Positions 38,428 to 51,849 of a DNA stretch of 64,000 nucleotides are shown here, piece after piece (position 1 is the stretch's first letter; every line of letters begins with the position of its first letter). Location of the stretch: contig NC_043013.1 in assembly GCF_006345805.1 (NCBI RefSeq), forward strand, positions 4,030,001-4,094,000, given 5' to 3'. The notes below the pieces were generated by a model, which was not told the DNA's origin, did no database searches, and saw nothing but the letters and a program-made list of their open reading frames with translations. The translations under genes and the position numbers were made by a program. This stretch comes from Octopus sinensis (taxonomy: Eukaryota).

Positions 38428-38520
38428 TGTATACTCTCCCTATTTGGTCCCCACGGACTTTTTTCTGCTCGACTTTGAAATCCACTCTGCATGCCTGCCA
38501 TTTCAGACTGTGGAAGAAAA
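38428..38520 (+). pseudogene. Mariner transposase fragment
   Basis: YSPYLVPTDFF then (frameshift) STLKSTLHACHFQTVEE, resembling YSPDLAPxDxxLF..LK. Confidence 0.5.
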
Positions 38521-38635
38521 TTCGCTACTCTAACTGTTGAATACCTCCGAAAAGGCCGAACCAGATTGCATTCCAAAATAGGAAGAGTAGGAACTATTTT
38601 GAAAAATACTGCTACATGAACTATTTATGTATATG

Positions 38636-39680
<1,045 letters not shown>

Positions 39681-39916
39681 TTGTCTATCCCTCCTCTTTT
39701 CCTTCACTGTCTCCCTGTCATTTTTTCTCGCCCCTCCTTATTTCTTCTGTCCCTCTACCTCTACCTCTCTCTCTTCTCTCCCCACATGACCGGTGTTCGG
39801 CCAGGCCTGACCTTTCTTTCTTGGTTCGGCCGCTGTCAGTACAACATCTATATTCTTCCCTGTGCATGTGAATTCTTGTATCCCTGATGTAAGTCTTTAC
39901 TTCCATACACGCCAGC

Positions 39917-40270
39917 TTAATTTAATTCGTCATTGGTCGAAAGACACCTGTTGTTATGTCCTGTTATTTGTATTTGTGTAACTTTCTCCGTTTTTTTCCG
40001 TCCTTGTTTTCGAATACATTCGCTGATTTCTCCCAAGAAATCTAATGCTCTTAGCTTAGTTTTTCCTTGGGGCTGGCCAGGTTGGAGCAATCTCGAGTAT
40101 AACCAGCCGAAATTGCAAAGATAATCTGGAACTCGACTGAGGAAAGAAAACTTCGAATGACTCGTCCTTGTTTTCTTTGTATCGTCTGTCTGGATGTTTT
40201 GTTGTCCCTTTCTTGTATCACCTAACTGTCCGGATGTTTTGCACTTTTGTCCCATTTTGTATTTTTTACA
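39917..40270. repeat. Interspersed repeat P3 copy
   Basis: Reverse complement resembles 25838-26200. Confidence 0.55.
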
Positions 40271-40415
40271 TATATACATATACATACATATATAAATATA
40301 TGTATGTGCGTATGCATTTATAAATATATATGAATATATATAATATATTAATATATATATATATATATATATATGAATATATATATACATATTATATATA
40401 TATATTATATATATA

Positions 40416-40505
<90 letters not shown>

Positions 40506-42004
40506 GCGTGTGCGTGTGTGCGCGTGCGCGGTGTGTATGCATTTATATGTATTATGTATATATATATATATTATATATATATATGTATATCTATCTATCT
40601 ATCTATCTTCTATCTATCTATCTATCTATCTATATCTATCTATCTATCTATCTATCTATCAATCTATCTGTCTATATATCTATATATTATGTACGCGTGT
40701 GTGAATATTTGCATATCTGAATATGTGTAAATGGTTTTGTGTATGTGTGTAGGCGTAAGATTATTTTATTGCGTGAATCTATTTTTGAAAACCAGCCGAT
40801 CTCATCAGGTTACCTGCCCACCTATTGTGATGTTTGCATATAGAAATACATACTCCACATACATTGACATATAGACACACACCCACACGTATAAACGTGT
40901 ACATACATACATACGTACATACATACATGCAAACATACATACACATGTGTCTGCGTGCGCGCATGTATGTGTGTGTATGTCTACACACTGACACACGCAC
41001 TGACACACGCATTGACAAAACTAATGTTGGAAATTTTGTGAAAGGAGTCAAAGAACACGTGGATAGGCGAAGTATATATTGCAAGTGAATCATGTAGCAG
41101 ATAGGAGTGGCGTTTTAGTAAAATAATTGATATATTTGAACGATAGCCGCTCTTGTATTTCAAGATGGCCAGAAACTATTGTCAACCTAGTATTACCTCA
41201 GTCAAGGACCAGACTTCCTTTAAGTAGAATTCATTGTTCGTGCTTAGATGAAAATCAATAGAAGTATCTGAGTAGGTGTTAACCTCTAGTTGGCGATAGG
41301 TGTTGTGTTTGTAGAAATAAGAAACGATCGCAGTCGCTTTGATGAGAAGTGGATTTAAAAGCTGATATAATGTGTCCGTTTAAATTGTCTTGAAATGTCA
41401 GACAAGTAATTTTCATTATTCTACTTACTCGGTTGAAATATTAGTACCAAATCGACTGCTATGTTGATATAACGTAGGCTAATGTTGTATCCTGAAGGAG
41501 ATGTTTTCTTCTATTCAATTCTACTGTAATCGGAGATACGTAAGCCTTTGTAAATTGTAAGGCGATTAACACTAATGATGAATGTAAGAAAAGAAGAAGC
41601 TATGTAGCAGCTGTTATTGTAAAATTGGTTAGAGTATATTTAATGGCTTGTAAGTTTGAAGCTATGAGAACATCGTAAAAGCAGCCATGATACTCTTTTT
41701 ACACCCAATTTGTCCATTTAACCTTATCCCACGTAAAATTTTCTTTCTTTGGTGAAAAGTTAATATTTTCAAATTTTGGCGAACTTATACAAAATGATAA
41801 AGTAGAAATTGTGTATAAGAATATAAGTTAGAAATAAATATAGGCGCAGGAGTGGCTGTGTGGTAAGTAGCTTGCTTACTAGCCACATGGTTCCGGGTTC
41901 ATTTCCACTGCGTGGCAACTTGGGCAAGTGTCTTCTACTATATCCTCGGGCCGACTAAAGCCTTGTGAGTGGATTTGGTAGACGGAAACTGAAAGAAGCC
42001 CATC

Positions 42005-42054
<50 letters not shown>

Positions 42055-42124
42055 ATATATATATATATACATATATACATATATATATATACTTTATTTA
42101 AAGCAGCAGAAACTTCAACAAAAT

Positions 42125-42162
42125 CTGTTACTCTGAGTTTCTCGTTGCCGTTCATCAGACAG
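42125..42162 (-). ncRNA. Minimal type I hammerhead ribozyme fold (mirror copy)
   Basis: Exact reverse complement of 42164-42201 within the palindrome. Confidence 0.65.
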
Positions 42163-42163
42163 A

Positions 42164-42201
42164 CTGTCTGATGAACGGCAACGAGAAACTCAGAGTAACA
42201 G
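42164..42201 (+). ncRNA. Minimal type I hammerhead ribozyme fold
   Basis: Stem I CTGT/ACAG; core CTGATGA; stem II A.CG(GCAA)CG.A; GAA; palindromic stem III ACTC-A-GAGT; GUA triplet with predicted cleavage after 42197. The 10.1-11.1 pair is an A.A mismatch. Confidence 0.65.
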
Positions 42202-42683
42202 ATTTTGTTGAATTTTCTGCTGCTTTAAATAAAGCATATTACTCTACCACTGGTATATATATATATATATGTGTGTGTATATATGTGTGTGTATATATTT
42301 GTGTGTCTGTGTTTGTCCCCCAACATCGCTTGACAACCGATGCTGGTGTGTTTACGTCTCCGTAACTTAGCCGTTCGGTAAATGAGACCGATATAATAAG
42401 TACTAGGCTTACAAAGAATAAGATAAGTCCTGGATAGATTTCTTCGACTAAAGGCGGTGCTCCGGCATGGCCGCAATCAAAGGAGTGAAACAAGTAAAAG
42501 AGTAAAGAGTGTGAAGAGTATAAAGTTTTATATTTTGGGATATAGATTACAAGATAATTTTTTCTAAATGATATTAAATTCTGTGACTTATAATCATACA
42601 GCATCTTTCGATTTTAATATCTGACGTAACATGTGAAGACTTCTATTAAGATCACATGTCTATTTAAGCTAACTTGATTCGAG

Positions 42684-42996
42684 GGAGGTGCATGGGTCAG
42701 TAGTTAGAGCGTCGGGTTAACAATCATGAGGTAGTGAGTTCGATTCCCATTTTGTGCTTATGTCTTGAGCAAGACATTTTACTTCGCGTTTCTCCAGTTC
42801 ACTCATCTGTCGAAATGAATTGCAACGTGACTGGTGCCAAGCTGTATCGGTCTTTGACTTTCCCTTGGACAACAAGATGGGAGGCTGGTGTGCATGAGAG
42901 ACTGCTGGTCTGCCATAAACAACCTTACCTGGACTTGTGCCTCGGAGGATAACTTTCTAGGTACAACCCCATGGCCTTTCATGACCGAAGGGGGTC
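42684..42996 (+). mobile_element. SINE, E head plus F tail (diverged)
   Basis: Matches 47771-48101, ending GACCGAAGGGGGTC. Confidence 0.85.
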
Positions 42997-43914
42997 ACGT
43001 ACATGGCATCAAAGAACACGGCGACTATGAAAGCTACTTTTATAATAGCTTATACTGAGCATTAATGGAAGTATGAAAAACAAATGATTAAATGCAAGCA
43101 CGTCATCTCATACCTGTGCGTTTTTGACCCTCCCAGCTTAGACATAGGACACATTCGAAGATTATTGATAATTCGAATTCCAGTAGATTTTGATTTCTAT
43201 GTTCAGTAGTAAGCTGTTGTCGGCGAATCACAGCCGACAAGAAAACGCAGTAGAATTTAGCAATCATTTCTCTCAAGATTCACTAGATTGAAGAGAAAGT
43301 GAAAACTTGCTTGAAAGCAAATCTGGGCTTTTAAAGGGCATGTAATCACCATCGGAGCCAAACACTTCGAAGCCACCAGAACGGAAAACGAAGACAGGAG
43401 AAGGGGAGGGCTCGATAAAATTAACATCGTCCTCCACCATCATTACCATGCACTCAATACCAGCGACTCTTCTGTGCAATTGGCCTACAGAGTCATGAAT
43501 GCCATCACCATAGAGGAAACTTTAAGCAAAGGAGAAACTAAATTCTAGGACGAATTGATATCGTTTGAAATTTTATTCTTCTCAATTGTTTCATTTGGTA
43601 TTTGTGTAAATTTGAGTAAGGATGTAAAATCTTTTTCTATGATGATATATTATATATGACTGAATATTTTAGGATGTTTAGGGCTGATGAAGTGAATTTA
43701 CAAAATAATTTAACTAGAATTTACTTTCTCGGTGTATTTAGAGAAGATAAACTTGCTAAACGGCACCAAAAGAGGACATTATTAAATAAACATAGAAAAT
43801 GATTTTATTAGGCGACAAAAGTTTGGGAGTTGGTGTATTTAGCTGCCGAATGGGAACCGTTGGAAGATACACTGGAGTAGTGCGACCTCAGTCTGCTTCA
43901 ACATTAAAAGCGCG

Positions 43915-44132
43915 ACAAGTCGGCGAGCTGGAAGAATCGTTCCCGCGACGGACAAAATGCTTATCGGCTTTTTATCCGTCTTTACGTTATGGTTTCAAAA
44001 TTTCGCCGAGGTCGATTTTACCTTTCATCCTTTCCGGGTCAATAAAATAAGTATCAAAAAAACATTGGGGTCGATGTAATCGACTAGTCCCCCACCCCCG
44101 AAATTGCTGGCCGTCTGCCAAAATTTGAAATC
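43915..44132 (+). mobile_element. Diverged SINE B (alternative tail); inverted partial copy at about 44215-44345
   Basis: GGCGAGCTGG head, CCTTTCATCCTTTCC core, GAAATTGCTGGCC...CAAAATTTGAAATC tail. Confidence 0.75.
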
Positions 44133-44455
44133 AATTTTAAAAGTACGACAAAGTTACATTTTATCTTTCACCATTCAGCTCTTTGGAGCTGACGATGCCT
44201 CTTCCTTTATATATTTGTTTCAAATGTTGGCACAAGGCCATCGATTTTTGGGGAGGGAGTAAATCGATTGTATCGACCCCAATGTTCAACTGGTACTTCT
44301 TTTATCGACTCTAAAAGGACGGAAGGCAAAATCGGCCTCGAAAATAGCAAAATTCATATCTATAAGAAGGAAGCAATAATTCATTGGGCTAAATTAGGAA
44401 ATTCACTACAATTTTTTCCAACTCTTCTTCGCATCATCATCATTATCGTGGTCAA

Positions 44456-44487
<32 letters not shown>

Positions 44488-45123
44488 CCACCACCACCAT
44501 CACTACCGCCACCTTTCTTTTTTCCTCTCTTACTATTGTCTTGCAATTGTTTGCTTCTTGGGTTTCCTCATCATAATCCTCTCCATCCTTCACCCCTTCT
44601 CTCCTCCTCCTCCTCCTCCTCCTCATCATCATCATCATCGTCATCATCATCGTTCATCTCCCTCCGACTTTGATGCCACCTATTTCACGGCTGTAGGATA
44701 TTAACTCACCACACCCAACGTTTCATGTTAATCTTCAGAGCAATTCTCTGATTCCGTTGATAATGCAGATAAAAGCTGATAAACACTTTAGTGAGTTCCT
44801 CCTGGCATGCAAGACGGGTCGTCGCTCAGCGAACACTTTTATCAATGACGGAAAAGTGTGATGGCCAACATCCCGAGTTTTTGATTTATCTCGGATATTC
44901 TGCACGGAGCCACAGACGCTGAAACACACAACACACACACACACACACACATCGCATACAGGTCACATAGGCGCGTATGTATGTATGTATGTATGTATGT
45001 ATGTATGTATGTATGTATGTATGTATGTATGTATGTATGTATGTTAGTATGTATGTGTGTATGTACGAACGTATGTATGTATGTATGTATGTATGTACGA
45101 ACGTATGTATGTATGTATGTATG

Positions 45124-45154
<31 letters not shown>

Positions 45155-45573
45155 GTACGAACGTATGTATGTATGTATGTATGTGTACATAATCACGCTC
45201 ACGCACTGTTGCACATATACACACACGCATGCACACGTACACACACACATACACACACAGGTATAGGCGCTGTTGAGTAATTAAGACGATCTCTATGCAA
45301 ATTCATGATGTCGGGTTCCATCTCATTACGCGACACTCTCGACGAATGGATCGTCTATATAAACTGGGATTCATCTTTAATAGAAGGAAACGGTGCAGAA
45401 GACCACCGTATATGTATGTGTGCGTATATGTATGTGCTTGATTTCCTTGATATGCGCAGAGATTTTGGATTTGTGTTTCTGTGGAAACAAGGCTATCATG
45501 TTCCAATTAAATGGTGCTAGTGAGGTCTTTGTTCAGAGTGGCAATGCATGTATGATGTTAGGTGTCGAGTTTT

Positions 45574-45881
45574 TTTGTTTTTGTTTGTTCCTCCTCGAGC
45601 CATGCCTGGCTCATAAGGGCCGGTTTCCCAGTTTCTTGGCGTATAGGTTCCCCACCTGGACGGGACGCAGGTCCATCGCAGGTGAGCTGCAAGATGCAGG
45701 AGGAAAGAGTGAAAGTTGTGGCGAAAGTGTCAGCAGAAGTTTCGCCATTACCTTCTGCCGGAGCCGCGTGGATTTTAGGTGTTTCGCTCATAAGCACACA
45801 CATCGCCCGGTCTGAGATTCGAACCCGCGATCCCTCGACCGCGAGTCCGCTGCTCTAACCACTAGGCCATGTGCCTCCACC
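45574..45881 (-). mobile_element. SINE, C-type head plus G tail, full length
   Basis: 15-bp TSD TAGGTGTCGAGTTTT at 45559-45573 and 45882-45896; (AAAC)-like tail. Confidence 0.92.
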
Positions 45882-46304
45882 TAGGTGTCGAGTTTTCGGA
45901 GAGTGATCCTTCTGTGCAGAATATTAAGCGAGAAAGAAGATTTGTGAGATTGGTTTAGAGGCGGCAACAAACAATTCGTTAATATAGAGGAAGGAATAGA
46001 GGGACCGACATAACTGAACGTCGGTGTTTATATCAGAGTTAGAGTATAATTCAGAATGAAGATGAATCAAGACCGGTGGGTCGGAAGAATATGCACAGTT
46101 GATAGAGGTCTTCTTAGAAAGGGAACAATAGTGAGGCAGAGCAGCTTGTAGAATATTCCAATGCCCGAAAGCATATTTTTGTTGGTAATCGGAAAGGAGT
46201 CGTGGCGGCGTTAGAATTAATCAAGTTGCTGGAGGTGGGTTACCCTTAAAAGATGTCGTAGTCCATAAACATCACCATTACTACTACAATGTGGCTACAT
46301 AATG

Positions 46305-46545
46305 ATTTAAAATTTTGACACAAGGCTAGCACATTTGGGAGAGGAGGTTTGTTGGACACTGGGGTCGATATAATCAAATAACTTTCTTTTCCAAAATTGC
46401 TGGTCTTGTGTCAAAATTTTATCGACTTCGAAGGATAAATGGCAAAGTTGGCCTCGGAAGAATTTGAACTCAGAACGTAAAACCAGACTAAATACCGACA
46501 AGTATTCTACCTGGCGTGTTAACGATTCTGCCAACTCACTGCCTT
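46305..46545 (-). mobile_element. Diverged SINE B
   Basis: GAATTTGAACTCAGAACGTA and AACGATTCTGCCAACTC match the reverse complement of the B head. Confidence 0.7.
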
Positions 46546-46574
46546 ATGGTGTGACTACATGTTAATCAACCACA

Positions 46575-46902
46575 AGTGAGGGCGCGTGGCTTAGTGGTTA
46601 GGGCATTCGGCTCATGATCGTAAGGTTGTGAGTTCGATTCCCGGCGACGCGTTGTGTCCTTGAGCAAGACACTTTATTTCACGTTGCTCCAGTCCACTCA
46701 GCTGGCAAAAATGAGTTGTACTTGTATTTCAAAGGGTCAGCCTTGTCACTCTCCGTGTCACGCTGATTTTCCCCGAGAACTACGTTAAGGGTACACGTGT
46801 CTGTGGAATGCTCAGCCATTTGCACGTTAATTTCACGAGCAAGCTGTTCCGTTGATCGTATCAGCTGGGACCCTCGTCGTCGTAACCGGCGGAGTCTTTA
46901 AG
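46575..46902 (+). mobile_element. Chimeric SINE (E head plus C tail), full length
   Basis: 11-bp TSD AATCAACCACA at 46564-46574 and 46903-46913; the tail matches the SINE C tail. Confidence 0.92.
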
Positions 46903-47152
46903 AATCAACCACATTAATAGTCGGTTGTCTCATGTCGTGAGACAATGATAATCCAGCTCTTCTCATGTAGTCAATTAACAAGATCTTGCAGACAGTCTAT
47001 ATTTTTCCGTGTAACAGAACTCATCTCCCTTCATGTAGTGAACCTCCGATAAGACAGCCGGACGCAGTTCGTCTCTACCGGTGTTGGGAATCAAACTAAC
47101 AGACATGGGAAACAGAAAACATTGTTCCGAATGAGTCACCTCCTCATTCACT

Positions 47153-47252
47153 NNNNNNNNNNNNNNNNNNNNNNNNNNNNNNNNNNNNNNNNNNNNNNNN
47201 NNNNNNNNNNNNNNNNNNNNNNNNNNNNNNNNNNNNNNNNNNNNNNNNNNNN
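47153..47252. other. Assembly gap (100 N placeholder)
   Basis: Run of exactly 100 N; true distance unknown. Confidence 0.99.
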
Positions 47253-47634
47253 ATATATATATATATATATATATGAATAAAAAATGGAGTTAACGCAGGT
47301 GTAAACAAGTATTTTTACTTTCGACACATGTTTTTCGAAAATTCCACTGATACTATTCAAAAGAATAAATGGTAAAACAATGCAATCTTCTCTTCGAGAA
47401 AGTGAAAAAATCGAAACTCGTCAATACGACATTTTAGCAAAAAATGATGGATTTGTATAGCGATAGACAGAACGCTATTAATATTGTTTAAAAAAACGTT
47501 ATTGGCTGCCCTGGTAACTATTTATTTATTTTTTCCGTGTTAATTGTTAACAAGGTAAAAATACACTCATCTATATATTATATATATATATTATATATTA
47601 TCTATATACACGATTGTGTGTGTGTGTGTTTACG

Positions 47635-47674
<40 letters not shown>

Positions 47675-47705
47675 ATATTATACACACGAGTGTGTGTGTG
47701 TTTAC

Positions 47706-47770
<65 letters not shown>

Positions 47771-47773
<3 letters not shown>

Positions 47774-48101
47774 CGCATGGCTCAGTGGTTAGAGCGTCGA
47801 GCTTACGATCGTGAGGTTGTGAGCTCGAATCCCGGACGGGCTGCGTGTTGTGTTCTTGAGCAAGGCACTTTATTTCACGTTGCTCCAGTTCACTCAGCTG
47901 TAGAAATGAGTTGCGACGTCACAGGTGCCAAGCTGTATCGGCCCTTGCCTTTCCCTTGGACAACATCGGTGACGTGGAGAGGGGAGGCCGGTATGCATGG
48001 GCGACTGCTGGTCTTCCATAAAACAACCTTGCCCAGACTTGTGCCTCAGAGGGTATCTCTCTAGGTGCAAACCCATGGTCAGTGCCTGACCGAAGGGGGT
48101 C
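47771..48101 (+). mobile_element. SINE, E head plus F tail
   Basis: TGGCTCAGTGG and GAGCTCGAATCCC boxes, TTGAGCAAGGCACTT core, F tail, then (AAAC)n. Confidence 0.9.
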
Positions 48102-48246
48102 AAACAAACAAACAAATATATATATATATATATATACATATATATATAACGGGAAGGTTTACGAAAATAAACAAAAGACGAAGGCAGGTGGAGTACAAGC
48201 AAACAAATGTATTAGTATAGCGCTCAGGAATAGAAATAGAAAAAGA

Positions 48247-48282
48247 CTTTTACGTTTCGAGCCTACGCTCTTCGACAGAAAG
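48247..48282 (-). ncRNA. Hammerhead-like motif with variant core, inside a P2 repeat (about 48150-48300)
   Basis: Minus strand: CTTT-CTGTCGA-A-GAGC(GTAG)GCTC-GAA-ACGT-A-AAAG; stem I, stem II and self-complementary stem III are intact. Confidence 0.45.
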
Positions 48283-48424
48283 ATACACAGAAAAAAACAA
48301 GGAGAGAAAAAAAGGAGAGAAAAAAGGAGAGAAAAAAACAAGGAGAGAAAAAATGCGTGTAGGAGCTAACGATCTATCATGGCGTCAAATATACACACGA
48401 GTGTGTGTGTGTGTCTACGTGTGT

Positions 48425-48585
48425 GTGTTTACGTTCCCGTACCTTAGCACGAGAGACCAAAAGAATAAGCACCTGGCTTTAAAAAAAGTACTGAGGTAGA
48501 TCCACCAGACTAAAAATTATTTAAGGTTGTGCCACAGCATGGCTACAATCTACTGATTGAAACTAGTAGAAGATAAAAGATAAAA
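48425..48585 (+). mobile_element. Old SINE A right half, alone
   Basis: GTGTTTACGTTCCCGTACCTTAGC...CACAGCATGGCTACAATC...AAGATAAAAGATAAAA. Confidence 0.6.
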
Positions 48586-48764
48586 TGTGTACTTTTTGGT
48601 ATATCAGAAAGCAATACAACAAGCTTGTAAATTGACTAAATATGCATTTCTCGTCTAAATCTGTTCGACTATGAGGAAAACCTCAGAAAGTCCTCTGAAT
48701 AGGCAAGTTCTTGATTTCTGCTGCACAAGAAAGTAAAAATATCAGCACTTCAAAAGAAACAGAA

Positions 48765-49130
48765 AAAGTTGACAACGTGTCTGGTGGCTTAACGCGGCTG
48801 AAAGGCAAGACGTAAAATATATGCTTTCTCTGTCTTTCTCTTTCTTGGTCACTGCTCTTACTATGACTGAAAAGGAAGCAGTAAAAAATTTGCTTTCTGT
48901 TGACAACTTAACACGGCTGAAAGGCAAACAGTAAAATTTCTGCTTTCTCTGTCTTTCTCCTTCTTGACCGTTCAATTTTTTTGTCTCTCTTCTCGAAAAA
49001 TAATAGAGTACAAAGAAAATAACATCACCGCTCTTACTATGACTGAAAGCAAGCAGTAAAAATTTGCTTTGCCTTCCCTATATTTCTGTTGACAACTTAA
49101 CACCACTGAAAGACAAGCAGTAAAATCAAT
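48765..49130. repeat. Degenerate tandem repeat
   Basis: CTGAAAGGCAAGCAGTAAAATTT(GCTTT)-like motif about five times, with repeated GTTGACAACTTAACAC and CTCTTACTATGACTGAAA blocks. Confidence 0.7.
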
Positions 49131-49182
49131 AATCAATTATCAGGGGAAAATAGTAAGGCATGCAGTGCATGCGTTGCATACA

Positions 49183-49530
49183 TAGACCCTTCGCCCCTGC
49201 ACCGTAATTATATCCAAGTACCTTTACCTAGTGGTTTCCTTCTACTCACATATTCCTAACACATTCACCACACCAATCATGTTCTTCGTTTATTTAACTC
49301 TTTCTCTTTCCTTCCTGGCCCCACTCAACTCCTGTTCACTCTCGCCATCAAATCTCTGAACGCTGTGATCCCGCACGATGAAGGTCTTGCGTTAAAACAC
49401 TTTCAAGACCTTCGTCCAGACTCTCAGCCCGACACCTCCACACTTCTTCGTTTAGCTGAATTTGTCCTCTCTCTCAACTTCTCGTTCGCGGGGGAGTGTT
49501 ACCAACAATTCTCGGGAGTGGCCATGGGAG
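49183..49530 (+). pseudogene. Penelope-like reverse transcriptase fragment
   Basis: LLFTLAIKSLNAVIPHDEGL (DxxSLYTxIP motif), TLLRLAEFVL, FSFAGECYQQFSGVAMG (QxxGxAMG motif). Confidence 0.82.
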
Positions 49531-49960
49531 TTTGTAGAGATGCTAGATCATCAAACTAAATAATAGTTTCAACGATTTTATTTCCGAGTTTAGATTCTAA
49601 GGAATTGACATTTCTCTTCCTTTCTCTGAGTCAAGGAAAGTAAGTAACAGTAATATATTACATTTGATATAGTTTACTCTAACTTACAAACCTGGACCTT
49701 TTGCCTGAAATCGAATTGGAAACCACTGTCGATACTATGAGAGCGTTTAGTAATGTCATCAAAATGGAATCTGCTATTTTCAAGTGTGATACTCATGCTA
49801 TGAAGGAAGGGAAATACCATAAAAGTGATGAAATAAATCTACCAAGATACGGGAGATTAATGCAGATGATAGTTATAAATACCCAGGAGTCTTGGAAGCT
49901 GGTGATATTAAAAATAGAACAATGAAAGATAAAGTGAGAAAGAATATTTCGGAAGGATTA

Positions 49961-50380
49961 GGCGCAGGAGTGGCTGTGTGGTAAGTAGCTTGCTTACCAA
50001 CCACATGGTTCCGGGTTCAGTCCCACTACGTGGAACCTTGGGTAAGTGTCTTCTACTATAGCCTCGGGCCGACCAAAGCCTTGTGAGTGGATTTGGTAGA
50101 CGGAAACTGAAAGAAGCCCTTCGTATATATGTATATATATATATATATATGTATGTGCGTATTTGTGTGTCTGTGTTTGTCCCCCCAACATCGCTTGACA
50201 ACCGATGCTGGTGTGTATATGTCCCCGTAACTTAGCGGTTCGGCAAAAAGAGACCGATAAAATAAGTACTAGGCTTACAAAGAATAAGTCCTGGGGTCGA
50301 TTTGCTCGACTAAAGGCGGTGCTCCAGCATGGCCACAGTCACATGACTGAAACAAGTAAAAGAGTAAAAGAGTAAAAGAG
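49961..50380 (+). mobile_element. SINE A, full length, young-looking
   Basis: Complete structure, close to the shared consensus. Confidence 0.93.
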
Positions 50381-50870
50381 AGATACTAAAACGTGAACTC
50401 AATGGTTTAAACACCATCATTGCCATAAACTCAAGAGCCATATCCATTATCAGGTGCAGTACCAGAATAATCAAATGAACAAAAGAAGATCTTTAGAAGG
50501 TAGAGAAATAAGGAAATTGCTGACGATTTACTGAGGCTTACACTCACAGGCAAGGGTTGACAGATTGTGTTTCAGAAATACGGAGAAAGGGAATTGATGA
50601 ATACAGAGAACTGTGATGAAGTAAAAATAGAACGGCTAAGAAAGTACGTTGCTAACAGTGAAGAGGCGTTGTTGATAGCAGTATGGAAAAGATATGTGAG
50701 ATGAAGAAAGGTTTTAAAAAGTGACATTTTTAAAGTTAGAAAGTAACAATATGAACAGAAGATTACATGGAAAATTTTTTTTTTAAAGAACTGAAGAGGA
50801 TTAATATCAGAAGTCAATGGCTGAAGAGAGTATCAAAAGGATAGTGGCGCAGGAGGAAGCACTCAGAAGA

Positions 50871-51160
50871 TACTCTTTACTCTTTTACTTGTTTCAGTCA
50901 TTTGACTGCGGCCATGCTGGAGCACAACCTTTAGTCGAGGAAATCGACCCCCAGGACTTATTCTTTGTAAGCCTAGTACTTATTCTATCGGTCTAGTTTG
51001 CCGAACCGCTAAGTTACGGGGACGTAAACACACCAGCATCGGTTGTCAAGCGATGTTGGTGGGACAAACACAGACACACAAACACACAGACACACAGACA
51101 CACAGACACACAGACAAGACACACACACACACACACACACACCATATATACATATATATA

Positions 51161-51206
<46 letters not shown>

Positions 51207-51387
51207 ATATATATTATAATATATAATATACACACATATATATACGTCTACCAAATCCACTCACAAGGCTTTGGTCGGCCCGAGGCTATAGTAGAAGACA
51301 CTTGCCCAAGGTGCAACGCAGTGGGACTGTACCCGGAACCATGTGGTTGGTAAGCAAGCTACTTACCACACAGCCACTCCTGCGCCT
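50871..51387 (-). mobile_element. SINE A, full length
   Basis: Reverse complement of the full A structure, with an expanded internal microsatellite. Confidence 0.9.
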
Positions 51388-51849
51388 ATACATGCACAAC
51401 ATACACAACACATCTCAGCCATCTCAGCCATCTCAGCCGAATGTAGAATGTGAGGTGAAAGAGAAGAGGCGGTTGCGTATATTTTCACTGAAAATGAACT
51501 GCTTGCTCAGAGGGTCTTTAGAAGCTGGAGTCATGACAAGGTTGCTATGATCATATATCAGCAAATCTGTAACAAGGAATATTTGAACATATAGAAAAAA
51601 AAAATAGTTTAGCCATAAAATAGAACGCATCTTTGACAATGTCCAAGTAAAGGTACGATGAGATATAAAACTTCAAACGAATAAGCAAATAGAACATTCA
51701 CGTCCAGATATTGACATACTCAATAAAAGATATGAATGTGCTGCTTTATCAATGTTGCTTGTCCGTTTGATATAAAACGAGTAGAGAGAGAACGTGAGAA
51801 AATAGAAAACTATCCGGATCTAAAATATCAACTTCAAAGGATTAACTGG

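Larger units (their letters stand above)
41842..42510 (+). mobile_element. SINE A with a foreign insertion in its internal microsatellite
   Basis: Left half 41842-42007, (TA)n, insert about 42092-42256, right half about 42290-42510. Confidence 0.9.
49700..51843 (+). mobile_element. Decayed R4/Dong-type RLE LINE ORF, interrupted by two SINE A insertions
   Basis: SYKYPGVLE, LNGLNTIIAINSRA, RKLLTIY..H...VDRL, HDKVAMIIYQQIC and HSRPDI...INVACPFD...EKIENY.DLK (PD-(D/E)xK RLE pattern), across frameshifts. Confidence 0.72.

Noticed and set aside
40130-40165. Hammerhead-like CTGAGGA...TCGAATGAC in P3 (and CTGAAGA...TCGAATGTC at about 25905-25935, minus strand)
   Set aside because: GAAU instead of GAAA, no valid NUH triplet, and stem I is not conserved between copies.
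43315-43550. Coding-like frame KQIWAFKGHVITIGAKHF...
   Set aside because: No start codon, bounded by stops, and no family recognised.
44710-44745. Minus-strand CTGAAGA-TTAACAT-GAAACGT hammerhead-like string
   Set aside because: Stem II and stem I barely pair.
47100-47300. Any structure spanning the N gap
   Set aside because: True gap length and orientation are unknown, so no cross-gap relationship is claimed beyond repeat-family identity.
48660-48700. TGAGG(AAAA)CCTCA-GAAA stem resembling hammerhead stem II
   Set aside because: Core CUGANGA, stem III and stem I are not satisfied.
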